From positions 1,632,001 through 1,696,000 of the forward strand of contig CAXXOA010000001.1 in assembly GCA_963666275.2 (NCBI GenBank): a stretch of 64,000 nucleotides of DNA, written 5' to 3'. Every line of letters starts with the position of its first letter. Position 1 is the stretch's first letter. Under the pieces are notes generated by a model that ran no database searches, was not told the origin of the DNA, and saw nothing but the letters and a program-made list of their open reading frames with translations. Shown here piece after piece: positions 19,085 to 29,647 of the stretch. This DNA comes from Oceanispirochaeta sp. GTDB lineage: Bacteria > Spirochaetota > Spirochaetia > DSM-2461. The position numbers were made by a program, and so were the translations under genes.

Positions 19085-20773
19085 TCAGCCGAATGTAAAG
19101 GCATAGAACCTCATGGTTCCCTCTATTTCCAGTTTCAGAATATGATCTCCCGGTGAACCCATATCCACCAGCTGATACATCCTGCTCTCATCAATTTCTA
19201 TAGTCTTCTGTTTTACTCCATCCAGATACACTGTGATCTTTCCGTCCTTACTGACCGGTTCAATAACAAGGAACACATCTTTCGCTTCAAATCCGAGAGT
19301 CAGATTTCCGGTTCCCGAAGATTCGATGGAATTCCTCTGTATGGACCAGACTCCTTCCAGACCCCATTCCCCGTTTTCCGGCTCCCGGGAGAGGGAGAAC
19401 TCTCTCTGCTCCGGTCCATTGCTGTCTTCTGTTAGAAATCCTGTTCTCCGGCCGTATCCAAGATAGGTTTCCGGGGTACTGCTGCTGATTCCCTCCCACT
19501 CTTTGCCGGCGCTTTTCAGGGTCAGGGTTTGTCCGGATTCGATAAGAAGCATACGGATGACCTGTTCTGCCGTCTGATACTCTCCTTCCCCGAACTGGAA
19601 GTACCGTATATTTCCCCGGGCATCGATAAAAAAGTGGGCCGGCCAGAACAGATTGTTATAGGCACTCCATTGGGCGAAACTGTTGTCCTGGACCACAGGC
19701 CAGGTGACTCCCAGATCCTCTATGGCCCGCTGCAGATTTTCGGGATCCCTTTCAAAGGCGAACTCGGGGGAATGGACTCCCAGGATGACAAGGCCCTGGT
19801 CTTTATAGCTTTCATACCAGCTCTTCAGATAGGGAAGAGTTCTGACGCAGTTCACACAGCTGTAGGTCCAGAAATCTATCAGAACGACTTTTCCTTTCAG
19901 TTCCTCCATTGTGAGAGGGGAGGAATTGAACCATTGCCCTTCTGTCAGAATAGGCGGCGCCGGTCCGAAATCTCCCAATTGGCCCTTTTCCGGAGGATTC
20001 CGGGGATCCAGTCCCTTTTCTCCTGTCTCTTCCCCCTTCCTGTCCTGAAGGGCTTTCTGTACACTCTCTGTCTGCTCCAGAGCTGTCAGACCGCTTCCGT
20101 AGCGGGGAAATATTTCCAGTACCGCCTGCTGGAATTTTCGATCCAGACCGAATCCGATGGAGAGAGCCGCTGCGATCATAACCACACCGAAGCCCCGCTG
20201 GATTCGCTCCGTATTGGCCGAAAGTTTCGGAAATCGGGAAATCAGCTTTCTGCCGCCCGTCATAAGGGCCAGCATGGGGATAGCCGTTCCGGCGGCATAG
20301 GCAAGGATAATGACAACAGCTCCGCCGTCTATCTGACGGCTCACCGCCAGGGTTATGACCGAAGCTATGATAGGGCCCACACAGGGCGTCCATACCACAC
20401 CCAGGCCTGCTCCGACCAGGAGCCCTCCGGAAAAGCCTGTATTTGTCCGTGTTTTTCCTGTCTTTATAAATCCCGAAACCAGTATCTCAAATTTCTGCTG
20501 AATCAGGGGAAATACAAGGACTGAACCGAAGAGGACCATTATGAGAACAGCGGCGATCCTCAGGGAATCCGGGGGTATCCCCAGCCACTGTACCAGTGAG
20601 GACAGCAGCAGGGTAAAGAGGGCGAAACTTCCTGTAAAACCCGTAATGATTCCCAGGGGTCTCCTTCTTCCGCCGATGCTGCCCGAAAGGACTATCGGCA
20701 GTACAGGCAGGATACAGGGAGAGAGTATGGTCACAATACCGGCCAGAAAGGCGAAAAAAGGAAGAATTACCAT
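19085..20773 (-). CDS. dipZ: DipZ-like CcdA-TlpA fusion thiol-disulfide protein
   Basis: SPCILP and WTPCVGP TM motifs, [17 protein letters not shown]. Confidence 0.9.
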   Translation of the reverse strand: MVILPFFAFLAGIVTILSPCILPVLPIVLSGSIGGRRRPLGIITGFTGSFALFTLLLSSLVQWLGIPPDSLRIAAVLIMVLFGSVLVFPLIQQKFEILVSGFIKTGKTRTNTGFSGGLLVGAGLGVVWTPCVGPIIASVITLAVSRQIDGGAVVIILAYAAGTAIPMLALMTGGRKLISRFPKLSANTERIQRGFGVVMIAAALSIGFGLDRKFQQAVLEIFPRYGSGLTALEQTESVQKALQDRKGEETGEKGLDPRNPPEKGQLGDFGPAPPILTEGQWFNSSPLTMEELKGKVVLIDFWTYSCVNCVRTLPYLKSWYESYKDQGLVILGVHSPEFAFERDPENLQRAIEDLGVTWPVVQDNSFAQWSAYNNLFWPAHFFIDARGNIRYFQFGEGEYQTAEQVIRMLLIESGQTLTLKSAGKEWEGISSSTPETYLGYGRRTGFLTEDSNGPEQREFSLSREPENGEWGLEGVWSIQRNSIESSGTGNLTLGFEAKDVFLVIEPVSKDGKITVYLDGVKQKTIEIDESRMYQLVDMGSPGDHILKLEIEGTMRFYAFTFG

Positions 20774-20774
20774 G

Positions 20775-21254
20775 TTACATCTCCTGCTTTTCCGTATTGA
20801 TCAGGATCTCATCGACTCCGCCGCCATTCCATATCGTCACGGCTTCTCCCGTTGGAGAGATCTGGACAAAGGTATGCTGGTAGGTGACCCCGTATTTCAT
20901 CTTAAGATCATCCGAGTTGTCGTAATCGACAATGAGAAGATTCATACCGGCCAGCTTTCCCGGTTCCGCTTCAATCTCCTTCATTGCGGCCTGACAGGTG
21001 GGACACCAGGAAGCATAGAAGAAGAGCACTGTGGGTTTTTCCTCCGCCAGCATCATGGCGTCTTCCATGCCGTGAAAATCCAGAACGGGAGAGGCCGCCA
21101 TCATCATGGACCCCCGGGGGGCTTCTTTTTCCATAGAGTCATCCTTCTCCATAGATCCGGAAGGACTGTTCTGCTCTGTCATATCCTTCTGTCCCCCTGC
21201 GGTGAGTGAGAGGGAAAGGAATAGAAATATCAGTACTGTTGTAAACATTTTCAT
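20775..21254 (-). CDS. Exported thioredoxin-family protein
   Basis: WCPTC; signal peptide; Met-rich linker. Confidence 0.88.
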   Translation of the reverse strand: MKMFTTVLIFLFLSLSLTAGGQKDMTEQNSPSGSMEKDDSMEKEAPRGSMMMAASPVLDFHGMEDAMMLAEEKPTVLFFYASWCPTCQAAMKEIEAEPGKLAGMNLLIVDYDNSDDLKMKYGVTYQHTFVQISPTGEAVTIWNGGGVDEILINTEKQEM

Positions 21255-21288
21255 ATGCTTACCTCCTGATTTAAAAAGTAAGCGTTAA

Positions 21289-21322
21289 AAGTCACGAAAC
21301 TGTCACAGAAGCTGTAACAATT
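21289..21322 (-). promoter_or_regulatory. Triple direct repeat, candidate OmpR-family binding site
   Basis: GTCAC/GTCAC/GTAAC at 21291, 21302, 21314 upstream of the trx-dipZ-msr operon. Confidence 0.55.
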
Positions 21323-21323
21323 G

Positions 21324-22787
21324 TTAAACTTCTTTGGGAAGGGTCATAGAAAACACGGCACCGCCGTCTCTGCCATTGGAGGCCCTGAGCGTTCCTTTGT
21401 GAAGGGTTACAATTTCTCTGGCAATGGCCAGTCCCAGTCCAGTCCCGCTGCCAGTACGGTTACGGCTTTTATCTGCCCGGTAGAATCTGTCGAAAATCCG
21501 GGGAAGATCTTCGGCGGGGATGCCGGGGCCCGAGTCCTGAATCCTCCATTCCACTGAATCATTTTTTTCTGTGAGCGAGATGTCAATCTTCCCCTGTTCG
21601 GGTGTGTGGGTAATACTGTTGATAAGGATATTGGTAATAACCCTTTCGAGGAGACTGATATCTCCGGACAGAGGAATCAGACCCGGGGGAGCAAAGTTTA
21701 TTTCAATTTTTTTACTCTCCCCCAGAGGCCGGAGTTTTATGATGACATCCTGCACGAGTTCCGCCAGGGAGAAGGTTTCTTTTTTGATTCTGTACTGTCT
21801 GGATTCCAGACGGGCCAGATCAAAGAGTTCCTCCACGAGGTTCTGAAAGGCCGAAACATTTTTCAGGGTTATTTCAAGGAACTGTTTTTTCTCCTCCCGG
21901 GAGAGGTCAGGTTCTTTCAGAAAAAGAGTTTCCAGATGCCCCCGGATAGAGGTCAGGGGACTTCTGAGATCATGGGATATATTGGCTATCAGATCGGTTC
22001 TCTCTTTCTTGGCTTTTTTAAGATCCTCCATGCCTTTCTGAATGGTCCGGGCCATATCGTTGAAGGTACTGCCCAGCTCTCCCAGTTCATCTCTACCGCT
22101 TATATTGACCCTGTATTCCAGATTGCCCTGTTCAAAGGCCCTGACGCCCCGGGCGAGAAGTCTGAGTCTTCTTGTGAGAAGGAAGAACAGAATCAGCCCC
22201 GTTATGATCGTAAAGAGGAGGGCTCCCGAAAAAATGTAAAGCCCGGTCCTGAAGTAGTAGTTGTTTCCCGCCGAAGCCAGGGACTTATCGTAGCTCTGCC
22301 CCCTGAGGATCACATAGACAAACCCCGTGCTGTCTCCCATGGGAAGGGCCGCTGCCGAGAAGGGCTTTTCCTCCTTCTCTGTCCGGGGGTCATCTCCCTG
22401 GATGATTTCCCATCCATCCGAGGCAATGAATCTCCTGAGGGGTTCAACGGCGATGCTGTTCCTTTCCAGTGATTCTTCAGGGTGGGTAAAGTAGGAGAGG
22501 ATCCTGCCCTGTTCATTGAGTAGATAGATTTCTACCATGGGGTTCAGAACCATCATGTAGTGGATGGCTTCTTTGATTTTCTCTTCGGAAAATCCGTCTT
22601 TCAGTATGGGCTGCAGCTCACCGGCTATGCTGGAGGCATACTCTCTGTTGAGGAGCTGTTCCACCTCGTCAAAGAGATGGCGGGAGGCATTGAAGGCTGT
22701 GATGAGACTGGCGGAACCCAGCAGGAGGATCAGTAGAAGAAAAAGCAGGGATATCCGGGCGTAAAAGGAACGCAGAGGGTGCTTCAT
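21324..22787 (-). CDS. HAMP sensor histidine kinase
   Basis: Two TMs, HAMP, SHDLRSPL, DSGPGI, GTGLGLAI. Confidence 0.95.
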   Translation of the reverse strand: MKHPLRSFYARISLLFLLLILLLGSASLITAFNASRHLFDEVEQLLNREYASSIAGELQPILKDGFSEEKIKEAIHYMMVLNPMVEIYLLNEQGRILSYFTHPEESLERNSIAVEPLRRFIASDGWEIIQGDDPRTEKEEKPFSAAALPMGDSTGFVYVILRGQSYDKSLASAGNNYYFRTGLYIFSGALLFTIITGLILFFLLTRRLRLLARGVRAFEQGNLEYRVNISGRDELGELGSTFNDMARTIQKGMEDLKKAKKERTDLIANISHDLRSPLTSIRGHLETLFLKEPDLSREEKKQFLEITLKNVSAFQNLVEELFDLARLESRQYRIKKETFSLAELVQDVIIKLRPLGESKKIEINFAPPGLIPLSGDISLLERVITNILINSITHTPEQGKIDISLTEKNDSVEWRIQDSGPGIPAEDLPRIFDRFYRADKSRNRTGSGTGLGLAIAREIVTLHKGTLRASNGRDGGAVFSMTLPKEV

Positions 22788-23500
22788 GGCTCCTCCGGAT
22801 GGTCGGAAAACTTATAGCCCACACCCCAGAGGGTTTTCAGATACCGGGGAGAGGAGGGGTCGGGTTCAATTTTATTCCTCAGGCGGTTGATATGGGTATT
22901 TACAGTGTGTTCGTACCCTTCGAACTGGTAGCCCCAGATGCTGTTCAGCAGATCCGCCCTGGAATAGGCTCTTCCGGGATTGTTCATAAACAGACTCAGA
23001 AGATCGTACTCCTTGGCTGTCAGGTCCAGTTCCTTCCTGTCCAGCAGGACCTTTCTGCCCGCCGGTTCCATGGAGAGCCTGCCTATCCTTATATTTCTGT
23101 TTTCCTCCTCCCGGGACTCCCTGTTTGTCTGGGATCGTCTTATCAGAGCTTTGATCCGGGCGGTCAGTTCCCTGAGACTGAAGGGTTTTGTCATATAGTC
23201 ATCGGCGCCGATCTCCAGACCGAGAACCCTGTCAATCTCCTCTGTTCTGGCGGTAAGCATCATAACCGGAGTCAGTGGATCCTTCTCGCGGATCTTCCGG
23301 CAGACCTCCATTCCTTCCAGTCCTGGCAGCATAATATCCAGAATAACAAGGGCAAAAGGCTCATCCAGAGCTGTTCTGAGCCCTTCGGGGCCGGAGTGTC
23401 TGATCACAGGCGCATAACCGAGATCCTTCACATTCATGGCAACAACGCTGGCAATCTCACTGTCATCTTCTACGATCAGAATGTTCTGTTCATTCACCAT
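22784..23500 (-). CDS. OmpR-family response regulator
   Basis: ILDIMLP, GADDYMTKPF, winged helix VNTHINRLRNK, TLWGVGY. Confidence 0.95.
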   Translation of the reverse strand: MVNEQNILIVEDDSEIASVVAMNVKDLGYAPVIRHSGPEGLRTALDEPFALVILDIMLPGLEGMEVCRKIREKDPLTPVMMLTARTEEIDRVLGLEIGADDYMTKPFSLRELTARIKALIRRSQTNRESREEENRNIRIGRLSMEPAGRKVLLDRKELDLTAKEYDLLSLFMNNPGRAYSRADLLNSIWGYQFEGYEHTVNTHINRLRNKIEPDPSSPRYLKTLWGVGYKFSDHPEEP

Positions 23501-23720
23501 GGAATACGCCTCCGTCCTATATATATTACCATATATATCATATATATAAGTATACTACCGAAAGGAGGGGGATACAAAAAGTTATTGAAATGAAATTATC
23601 TGCCCCCTCCGGGACGGAGAGGGCAATTGGTGATCTGATGGATTTGTAAGATCCCCTGTATCGGGTCTCACTCCATTCAGAAAAGAAATCCTCTCTTCGT
23701 TGAAGAAGAGAGGGGGGTGA

Positions 23721-25985
23721 TCAGCCCTCTTCCCGCAGAAGGTTCAGAGCCGAACCGTATTTGAACCAGCGGATCTGTTCCTCATTCAGGGTATGGACTG
23801 CCTGAATGGTTTCTTCCGTACCGTCCGCATGGGAGAGAACAATGTCCAGAGTACTGCCGGGAGCCAGTGCAGTCAGCCCCGTGACAGAGAGTCTGTCCTC
23901 TTCCTGAATCTTTTCATAATCCGATGGATTTTTGAAAGTCAGAGCCAGGATGCCCTGTTTTTTCAGGTTGGTTTCGTGGATACGGGCAAAACTTTTAGTC
24001 AGAACCGCCGCACAGCCCAGAAGTCGGGGGCTCATGGCTGCGTGTTCCCGGCTGCTTCCCTCACCGTAGTTTTCATCTCCCACGATGATCCATCTGCGGC
24101 CATTGGCCTTGTAGTCTCTGGCTACATCTGAAAAGTTCATATTTTCTTTTCCGGAGAGGATATTCTTTCCCGTACCTGTTTCGCCGGTAAAGGCATTGGT
24201 AGCACCGGTGAGCATATTGTCGGAAATATTATCCAGATGACCCCGGAAACGGAGCCAGGGACCGGCAGGGCTTATGTGGTCGGTGGTACACTTTCCTTTC
24301 GCCTTGCACAGCAGAGGCATGTCGGTAAAGTCTTTTCCGTCCCAGGGGGTGAAAGGGGTGAGGAGCTGAAGCCTTTCGGAGGTTTCACTGACCTTCACCT
24401 GAACTCCTGCTCCCTGGGGCTCCTGATAGCCTTCTTTGTTGTCGAGAAATCCCAGAACGGGCAGCTCATCTCCCCGGGGCAGATCAAATTTCACTTCCTC
24501 TCCGGATTCGGTTTTTACAGTATCCGTATAGGGGTTGAAATCCAGCTTCCCTGTAATACCGATGATGGTAACCATTTCGGGGCTTCCGATGAACGAGAGA
24601 GTTTCGGGGTTTCCGTCGTTCCTTGCCCGGAAGTTTCTGTTGAAGCTGTTGACGATGCTGTTCTTTACCCCTTTGGGGATATCTTCTCTCTGCCACTGGC
24701 CGATACAGGGGCCGCAGGCATTGGAAAGGATGGATGCGCCGCCTTTTTCAAGGATCGCCATCTGTCCGTCCCGCTGGATCGTATCTTTCACAAGAAGGGA
24801 TCCGGGCGAAATCTGAAGTTTCAGGGCAGGTTTGATCCCTTTTTCCAGGGCCTGTTTCATTATGGATGCCGAACGGTCGATATCCTCGTAGGAGGAATTG
24901 GTGCAGCTTCCGATCAGAGCGGCTGTCACGTCTGTGGGCCAGCCCTCTTTTTCCGCTTTCTCTTTCATATCCGACAGAGACGTTACAGCGTCGGGAGAGT
25001 GGGGACCGGTCAGCTGGGGTTCCAGTTCGGAGAGGTTGATCTCAATCACCTCGTCATAATAGGCCGGGGGATTGGAAAGGACTTCATCATCGGCCCTGAG
25101 AATTTCAGAAGCACCGTCAGCCAGTGCGGCCAGTTCGCTGCGGCCGGTTCTTCCCAGATAGGCCTGCATCTTCTCATCATAGGGGAAGAGCGAGCAGGTG
25201 GCTCCCAGTTCGGCTCCCATGTTGGTAATGGTGGCTTTTCCGGTACAGCTGATAGAGGAACATCCCTCACCGAAGTATTCAATGATCCTGTTGGTACCGC
25301 CCTTTACAGTCAGTATTTCAAGGAGTTTTATTATCACATCTTTGGGGGAGGACCAGCCTTTCAGGCTGCCTGTGAGTTTCACACCCACAATACCGGGGTT
25401 TTTGACTTCCCAGGGGAGTCCCGCCATGACATCCGAGGCATCGGCGCCGCCCACACCGGAGGCAATCATTCCCAGACCCCCCGCATTGGGAGTATGGGAG
25501 TCGGTTCCGATCATCATTCCCCCAGGAAAGGCGTAGTTTTCCAGAACAATCTGGTGGATAATACCCGCACCGGGTTCCCAGAACCCGATATTGTAGCGGC
25601 TGGCTGCAGAGGAAAGGAAATCGTAAACCTCTTTGTTCTCTTCCAGAGCTTTGGGAAGATCTTCTTCGTTGCCGTGGTAGGCCCGGATCAGGTGATCGCA
25701 GTGAACCGTGGAAGGAACTGCGGCTTCATCCTTGCCGGAGAGCATAAACTGGAGGATCGCCATCTGGGCGGTGGCATCCTGCATGGCGACTCTGTCGGGC
25801 TGAAGAAGAAGAAAACTCTCTCCTCTGGTAAGATCCTGGTTCTGCGGATCTCTGAGATGACCGAAAAGAACTTTTTCCGCCAGAGTCAGAGGTCTGTTCA
25901 ATCTTTTCCGGACGATTTCCAGATTAGCCCGGGTCGTTTTATAGGTTTTTTCTACGAGTTTTGATGTTGTCGCTATTTCAGACAT
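23721..25985 (-). CDS. Aconitate hydratase (mitochondrial-type)
   Basis: DRVAMQDATAQMA, HCDH, IGSCTNSS, NACGPCIG, GSSREHAA; start chosen after RBS GGAGG. Confidence 0.95.
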   Translation of the reverse strand: MSEIATTSKLVEKTYKTTRANLEIVRKRLNRPLTLAEKVLFGHLRDPQNQDLTRGESFLLLQPDRVAMQDATAQMAILQFMLSGKDEAAVPSTVHCDHLIRAYHGNEEDLPKALEENKEVYDFLSSAASRYNIGFWEPGAGIIHQIVLENYAFPGGMMIGTDSHTPNAGGLGMIASGVGGADASDVMAGLPWEVKNPGIVGVKLTGSLKGWSSPKDVIIKLLEILTVKGGTNRIIEYFGEGCSSISCTGKATITNMGAELGATCSLFPYDEKMQAYLGRTGRSELAALADGASEILRADDEVLSNPPAYYDEVIEINLSELEPQLTGPHSPDAVTSLSDMKEKAEKEGWPTDVTAALIGSCTNSSYEDIDRSASIMKQALEKGIKPALKLQISPGSLLVKDTIQRDGQMAILEKGGASILSNACGPCIGQWQREDIPKGVKNSIVNSFNRNFRARNDGNPETLSFIGSPEMVTIIGITGKLDFNPYTDTVKTESGEEVKFDLPRGDELPVLGFLDNKEGYQEPQGAGVQVKVSETSERLQLLTPFTPWDGKDFTDMPLLCKAKGKCTTDHISPAGPWLRFRGHLDNISDNMLTGATNAFTGETGTGKNILSGKENMNFSDVARDYKANGRRWIIVGDENYGEGSSREHAAMSPRLLGCAAVLTKSFARIHETNLKKQGILALTFKNPSDYEKIQEEDRLSVTGLTALAPGSTLDIVLSHADGTEETIQAVHTLNEEQIRWFKYGSALNLLREEG

Positions 25986-26184
25986 ATCTATTTCCTCCGT
26001 CATGGGTTTTTTTCAATTCATTCAAGCTGCATTTTCCGGATTTGAGGGTATTATTCACTAAAAAATAAATAAAATCAATTTGTCAGACTATTTCTTCCCG
26101 GGAATAGCATTTCAGAAGGACCTGTTTGCCCGGAAAGGCAATCTCTTTTATAATAGTATCATCATTCCCCACGCAGGAGCAGCC

Positions 26185-28023
26185 ATGAAGAAACACAGTG
26201 ATAAACCGAAAAGAGGATTTTTCAGGATTTTCGGTAAGACTCTGGATGTGGTCCGGAAAATTATACTCAATCTTATCTTCTGGTCACTCCTTGTTTTTAT
26301 AGCGCTGGCTCTCATTCCCGGGAGGGTGAAAGTGAAGGAGGATTCTCTTCTCTACATTCAGCCTCAGGGCCAGATTGTGGACGCTTTGTCCCTGTCTGAC
26401 TATCCCGCCAGGCTTTCCCCGTTGCTCAGCAGTGTCAGTGAGACTTCGTCCATCGATATGGGTCTTGCCATAAGGAGGGCGGCTCAGGATGACAGAATCA
26501 TAGGACTGGTCCTGGACTGTTCCGGGCTGAGCTATGCCTCTCTGGCTGTGCTTCAGGATCTGGAAAAGGATCTGAATCACTTCAGGGAATCGGGCAAAAG
26601 AATTTATGCCTGGTCTCCTTCGTACAATCAGTATGCCTACTATCTGGCTTCCACTGCCAGTCTGATCTATCTGGATGAGATGGGCAGTGTCACCCTTTCG
26701 GGATTCGGAGTATTTCAGACCTATTTTAAAAAGGGCATGGATAAATGGGATCTGGGAATGGCTGTTTTTCAGGCCGGAGACTACAAGTCCTTTGTGGAAC
26801 CCTATATGTATGAAAAAATGTCTCAGGGGGTGAAAGAGGACAACCGTCGCTGGACGGGAAATCTGTGGCATCAGGTCCTCTCCGCTCTGGCTGAAAACCG
26901 CTCTTTAACGGAAACAGATCTGACTAAGTGGATCGAAGATTATCCGGCAGCGCTCTCTGGTACCGGGAAGTCCGGGGCCGAACTCGCCCTGGAGGGAAAA
27001 CTGATCGATGTCAGGGGAACCTGGGAGACCTTTTCTTCTGAGATGACCAAGGTGACAGGGTATGAAAACGACAGCCGCTCCTTTCGATCAGTCCACTGGT
27101 TGGACTATCTGGAGGAGACCGAAAAGAGAGTGAAACTCCCCTCAGGAAAATCCGTGGCTGTTATTACAGCATCCGGCGAGATCCATTCGGGCAGCGGAAG
27201 CGGCTGGACCATCGCTTCCCGGGATCTGATTGACCGGCTTGAGTCTGCCGAAAATAACAGGTCCGTCAGGGCAATCGTGCTGCGCCTGGATACGGGAGGC
27301 GGAAGCGCCTATGCCTCGGAAGAGGTCAGAAGGACCCTGGAACGACTGCGATCTAGGGGCATCACCGTGCTGGTTTCCATGGGGGGGATCACGGCCTCCG
27401 GCGGCTACTGGATTGCCAGCGAATCCGATGAATTATGGTGTTCCCCCGGTACCATCACAGGATCGATCGGTGTTTTTTCCATGGTTCCCGAAACGGACCG
27501 TTTTCTGGAGGAACACCTGGGTATTACAGGAGACGGAGTCGGAACAACCTGGATGTCAGGGCAGGGCAGGCCGGATCAGCCGCTCAACCGTTCCTCCCGT
27601 CAGGTGCTTCAGGCGGGAGTGGACAGTACCTACAGTCAGTTCCTCCGTATTGTTTCCGAAAACCGGAATATTCCAGTGGATGCTCTGGAACCCCTGGCCC
27701 GGGGACGGATCTGGACGGGAGAAGAGGCGGTCAGTGCGGGTTTGGCAGACAGGATCGGCAGTTTGACCGAAGCCGTCGAAAGGGCCGCTGAACTGGCGCA
27801 TCTGGAAGAGTATCATCTCTATTATGTTCCCAGGGCCGGACAGGATATGCAGGGCCTTCTCAGTCAGCTCCTCGGAGGGATAATGAGTCTAATATCAAAA
27901 CAGACACTGGTGGGGATTCCCGATTTACCCTCTTCGCAGCTGACCCCTGGAAAAATCTACGCCCTTTCTCCTATTTCAGATAAAAATATCTTTTTTCACG
28001 TGGATAATAGACTGGTAAGGTAG
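26185..28023 (+). CDS. sppA: Signal peptide peptidase SppA (67K type)
   Basis: Tandem S49 domains, GDYKS, ASGGYWIA, TGSIGVF, GRIWTG. Confidence 0.9.
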   Translation: MKKHSDKPKRGFFRIFGKTLDVVRKIILNLIFWSLLVFIALALIPGRVKVKEDSLLYIQPQGQIVDALSLSDYPARLSPLLSSVSETSSIDMGLAIRRAAQDDRIIGLVLDCSGLSYASLAVLQDLEKDLNHFRESGKRIYAWSPSYNQYAYYLASTASLIYLDEMGSVTLSGFGVFQTYFKKGMDKWDLGMAVFQAGDYKSFVEPYMYEKMSQGVKEDNRRWTGNLWHQVLSALAENRSLTETDLTKWIEDYPAALSGTGKSGAELALEGKLIDVRGTWETFSSEMTKVTGYENDSRSFRSVHWLDYLEETEKRVKLPSGKSVAVITASGEIHSGSGSGWTIASRDLIDRLESAENNRSVRAIVLRLDTGGGSAYASEEVRRTLERLRSRGITVLVSMGGITASGGYWIASESDELWCSPGTITGSIGVFSMVPETDRFLEEHLGITGDGVGTTWMSGQGRPDQPLNRSSRQVLQAGVDSTYSQFLRIVSENRNIPVDALEPLARGRIWTGEEAVSAGLADRIGSLTEAVERAAELAHLEEYHLYYVPRAGQDMQGLLSQLLGGIMSLISKQTLVGIPDLPSSQLTPGKIYALSPISDKNIFFHVDNRLVR

Positions 28024-28036
28024 TAATATAAAAGCT

Positions 28037-28507
28037 ATGAATAGTGCATTACTTCTTGTATTTCTCAATAATATGCCATGGGTTTGGCTGGGTTTTGCTG
28101 TGCTCATGACAATCATTGAGGGACTGACAATGGGGCTCACCACGATCTGGCTGGCCATAGCCGCTCTGGTTTCCATGATCCTTGCTTTTTTCATTCCCTC
28201 CGTGACAGCCCAGATCATTGTATTTCTCATCCTCTCGATCATCCTTTTTGTCTTTACACGGCCCCTGGCAGTCAAAAGGATGAAGCTTGGAAAGGAAAAA
28301 ACCAATTCGGACCGCCTTGTGGGTATGAAGGGGCATGTGACAGTTCCCGTCGGAGTGGATGATCCCGGTCAGGTGAAAGTGAGCGGACAGATCTGGACAG
28401 CCCGTCTTGATCAGGCATCGGAAACCCTGGGAGAGGGGGAGTCCTGTCTTATTAAAAGGATTGAGGGGGTCACTCTCTATGTCAGCCCTCTTCCTGACGA
28501 AAGCTGA
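28037..28507 (+). CDS. Short NfeD family protein
   Basis: TM segments plus OB-fold GQVKVSGQIWTA; upstream of SPFH gene. Confidence 0.88.
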   Translation: MNSALLLVFLNNMPWVWLGFAVLMTIIEGLTMGLTTIWLAIAALVSMILAFFIPSVTAQIIVFLILSIILFVFTRPLAVKRMKLGKEKTNSDRLVGMKGHVTVPVGVDDPGQVKVSGQIWTARLDQASETLGEGESCLIKRIEGVTLYVSPLPDES

Positions 28508-28650
28508 GTGTAAATTGCCGGAGAAGGTTCTCCGGTAGAAATAGATTATTCAGGCTCGTAAAAAATGAAATCTGAAACCGGCAGGCAGACGTCCTCTGAT
28601 CCGGACGGTGATGTTTCATATGGACAAGAGCTGATTTTTAGGAGAAAAAA

Positions 28651-29580
28651 ATGATTGGACAGTCCTGGCTATTGATAGCTCTGCTGGTATTTATTCTGAT
28701 TATTCTGATTAAAAATATCAGAATCGTGCCTCAGGCACAGTGTTTTATCCTGGAAAGGCTGGGTGCTTTTCAGACAACCTGGGAAGTGGGACTTCATGTA
28801 AAGATCCCTCTGATTGATAAAGTTTCCAACAAGGTTTCCATTAAGGAGAATGTGATCGATTTTGATCCTCAGCCTGTGATCACCAAAGATAATGTTACCA
28901 TGCAGATCGATACCGTGGTGTATTATCAGATTACCGATGCCAAACTCTTTACCTACGGAGTGGACAGACCTATCAGTGCCATCGAAAACCTGACTGCCAC
29001 AACTCTGAGAAATATTATCGGTGAACTGGAGCTGGATGAAACCCTGACTTCCCGGGATCTGATCAATACAAAAATGCGCAGTATCCTCGATGAAGCCACC
29101 GATCCCTGGGGGATCAAGGTCAACCGCGTGGAAGTGAAAAACATCCTTCCTCCTCCGGATATACAGGATGCCATGGAAAAACAGATGCGGGCGGAACGGG
29201 AGAGACGGGAGTCTATCCTCCGGGCCGAGGGAGAAAAACGGTCTGCCATTCTCGTGGCGGAAGGAAATAAAGAGTCGGCGATCCTGACGGCGGAAGCGGA
29301 AAAGCAGGCGGCGATTCTCAGGGCGGAAGCCAAGAAAGAAGCTGCTGTCCGGGAGGCGGAAGGAGAAGCGGAAGCCATTCTGAAAATACAGCAGGCCACG
29401 GCCAAAGGCCTTTCCATGCTGAAAGCCGCTCAGGTGGACAGTTCTGTTATACAGCTGAAAAGTCTGGATACTCTGGCAAAGGTTGCAGACGGTCAGGCTA
29501 CCAAGATCATTGTTCCTTCCAATATTCAGGATCTTGCCGGACTGGTTACCTCTATCAAGGAAGTAGGATCCAACAGCTGA
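28651..29580 (+). CDS. SPFH/band 7 (QmcA-like) protein
   Basis: VITKDNV, WGIKVNRVE, MEKQMRAERERR. Confidence 0.93.
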   Translation: MIGQSWLLIALLVFILIILIKNIRIVPQAQCFILERLGAFQTTWEVGLHVKIPLIDKVSNKVSIKENVIDFDPQPVITKDNVTMQIDTVVYYQITDAKLFTYGVDRPISAIENLTATTLRNIIGELELDETLTSRDLINTKMRSILDEATDPWGIKVNRVEVKNILPPPDIQDAMEKQMRAERERRESILRAEGEKRSAILVAEGNKESAILTAEAEKQAAILRAEAKKEAAVREAEGEAEAILKIQQATAKGLSMLKAAQVDSSVIQLKSLDTLAKVADGQATKIIVPSNIQDLAGLVTSIKEVGSNS

Positions 29581-29600
29581 TACTTCTGTAACAATTATTC

Positions 29601-29630
29601 TGAAACCCGCCTTGATAAGGCGGGTTTTTT
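29601..29630 (+). terminator. Rho-independent terminator
   Basis: AAACCCGCCTT/AAGGCGGGTTTTTT. Confidence 0.75.
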
Positions 29631-29647
29631 CAGGCCATAGTACGGTC

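Noticed and set aside
23518..23556. TATATA-rich tract upstream of the response regulator
   Set aside because: Low-complexity promoter-region sequence with no specific structure supported
24237..25964. 575-aa plus-strand ORF and other long antisense ORFs (7808-8857, 19529-20524, 32615-33997)
   Set aside because: Shadow frames opposite well-supported genes, with no recognisable motifs
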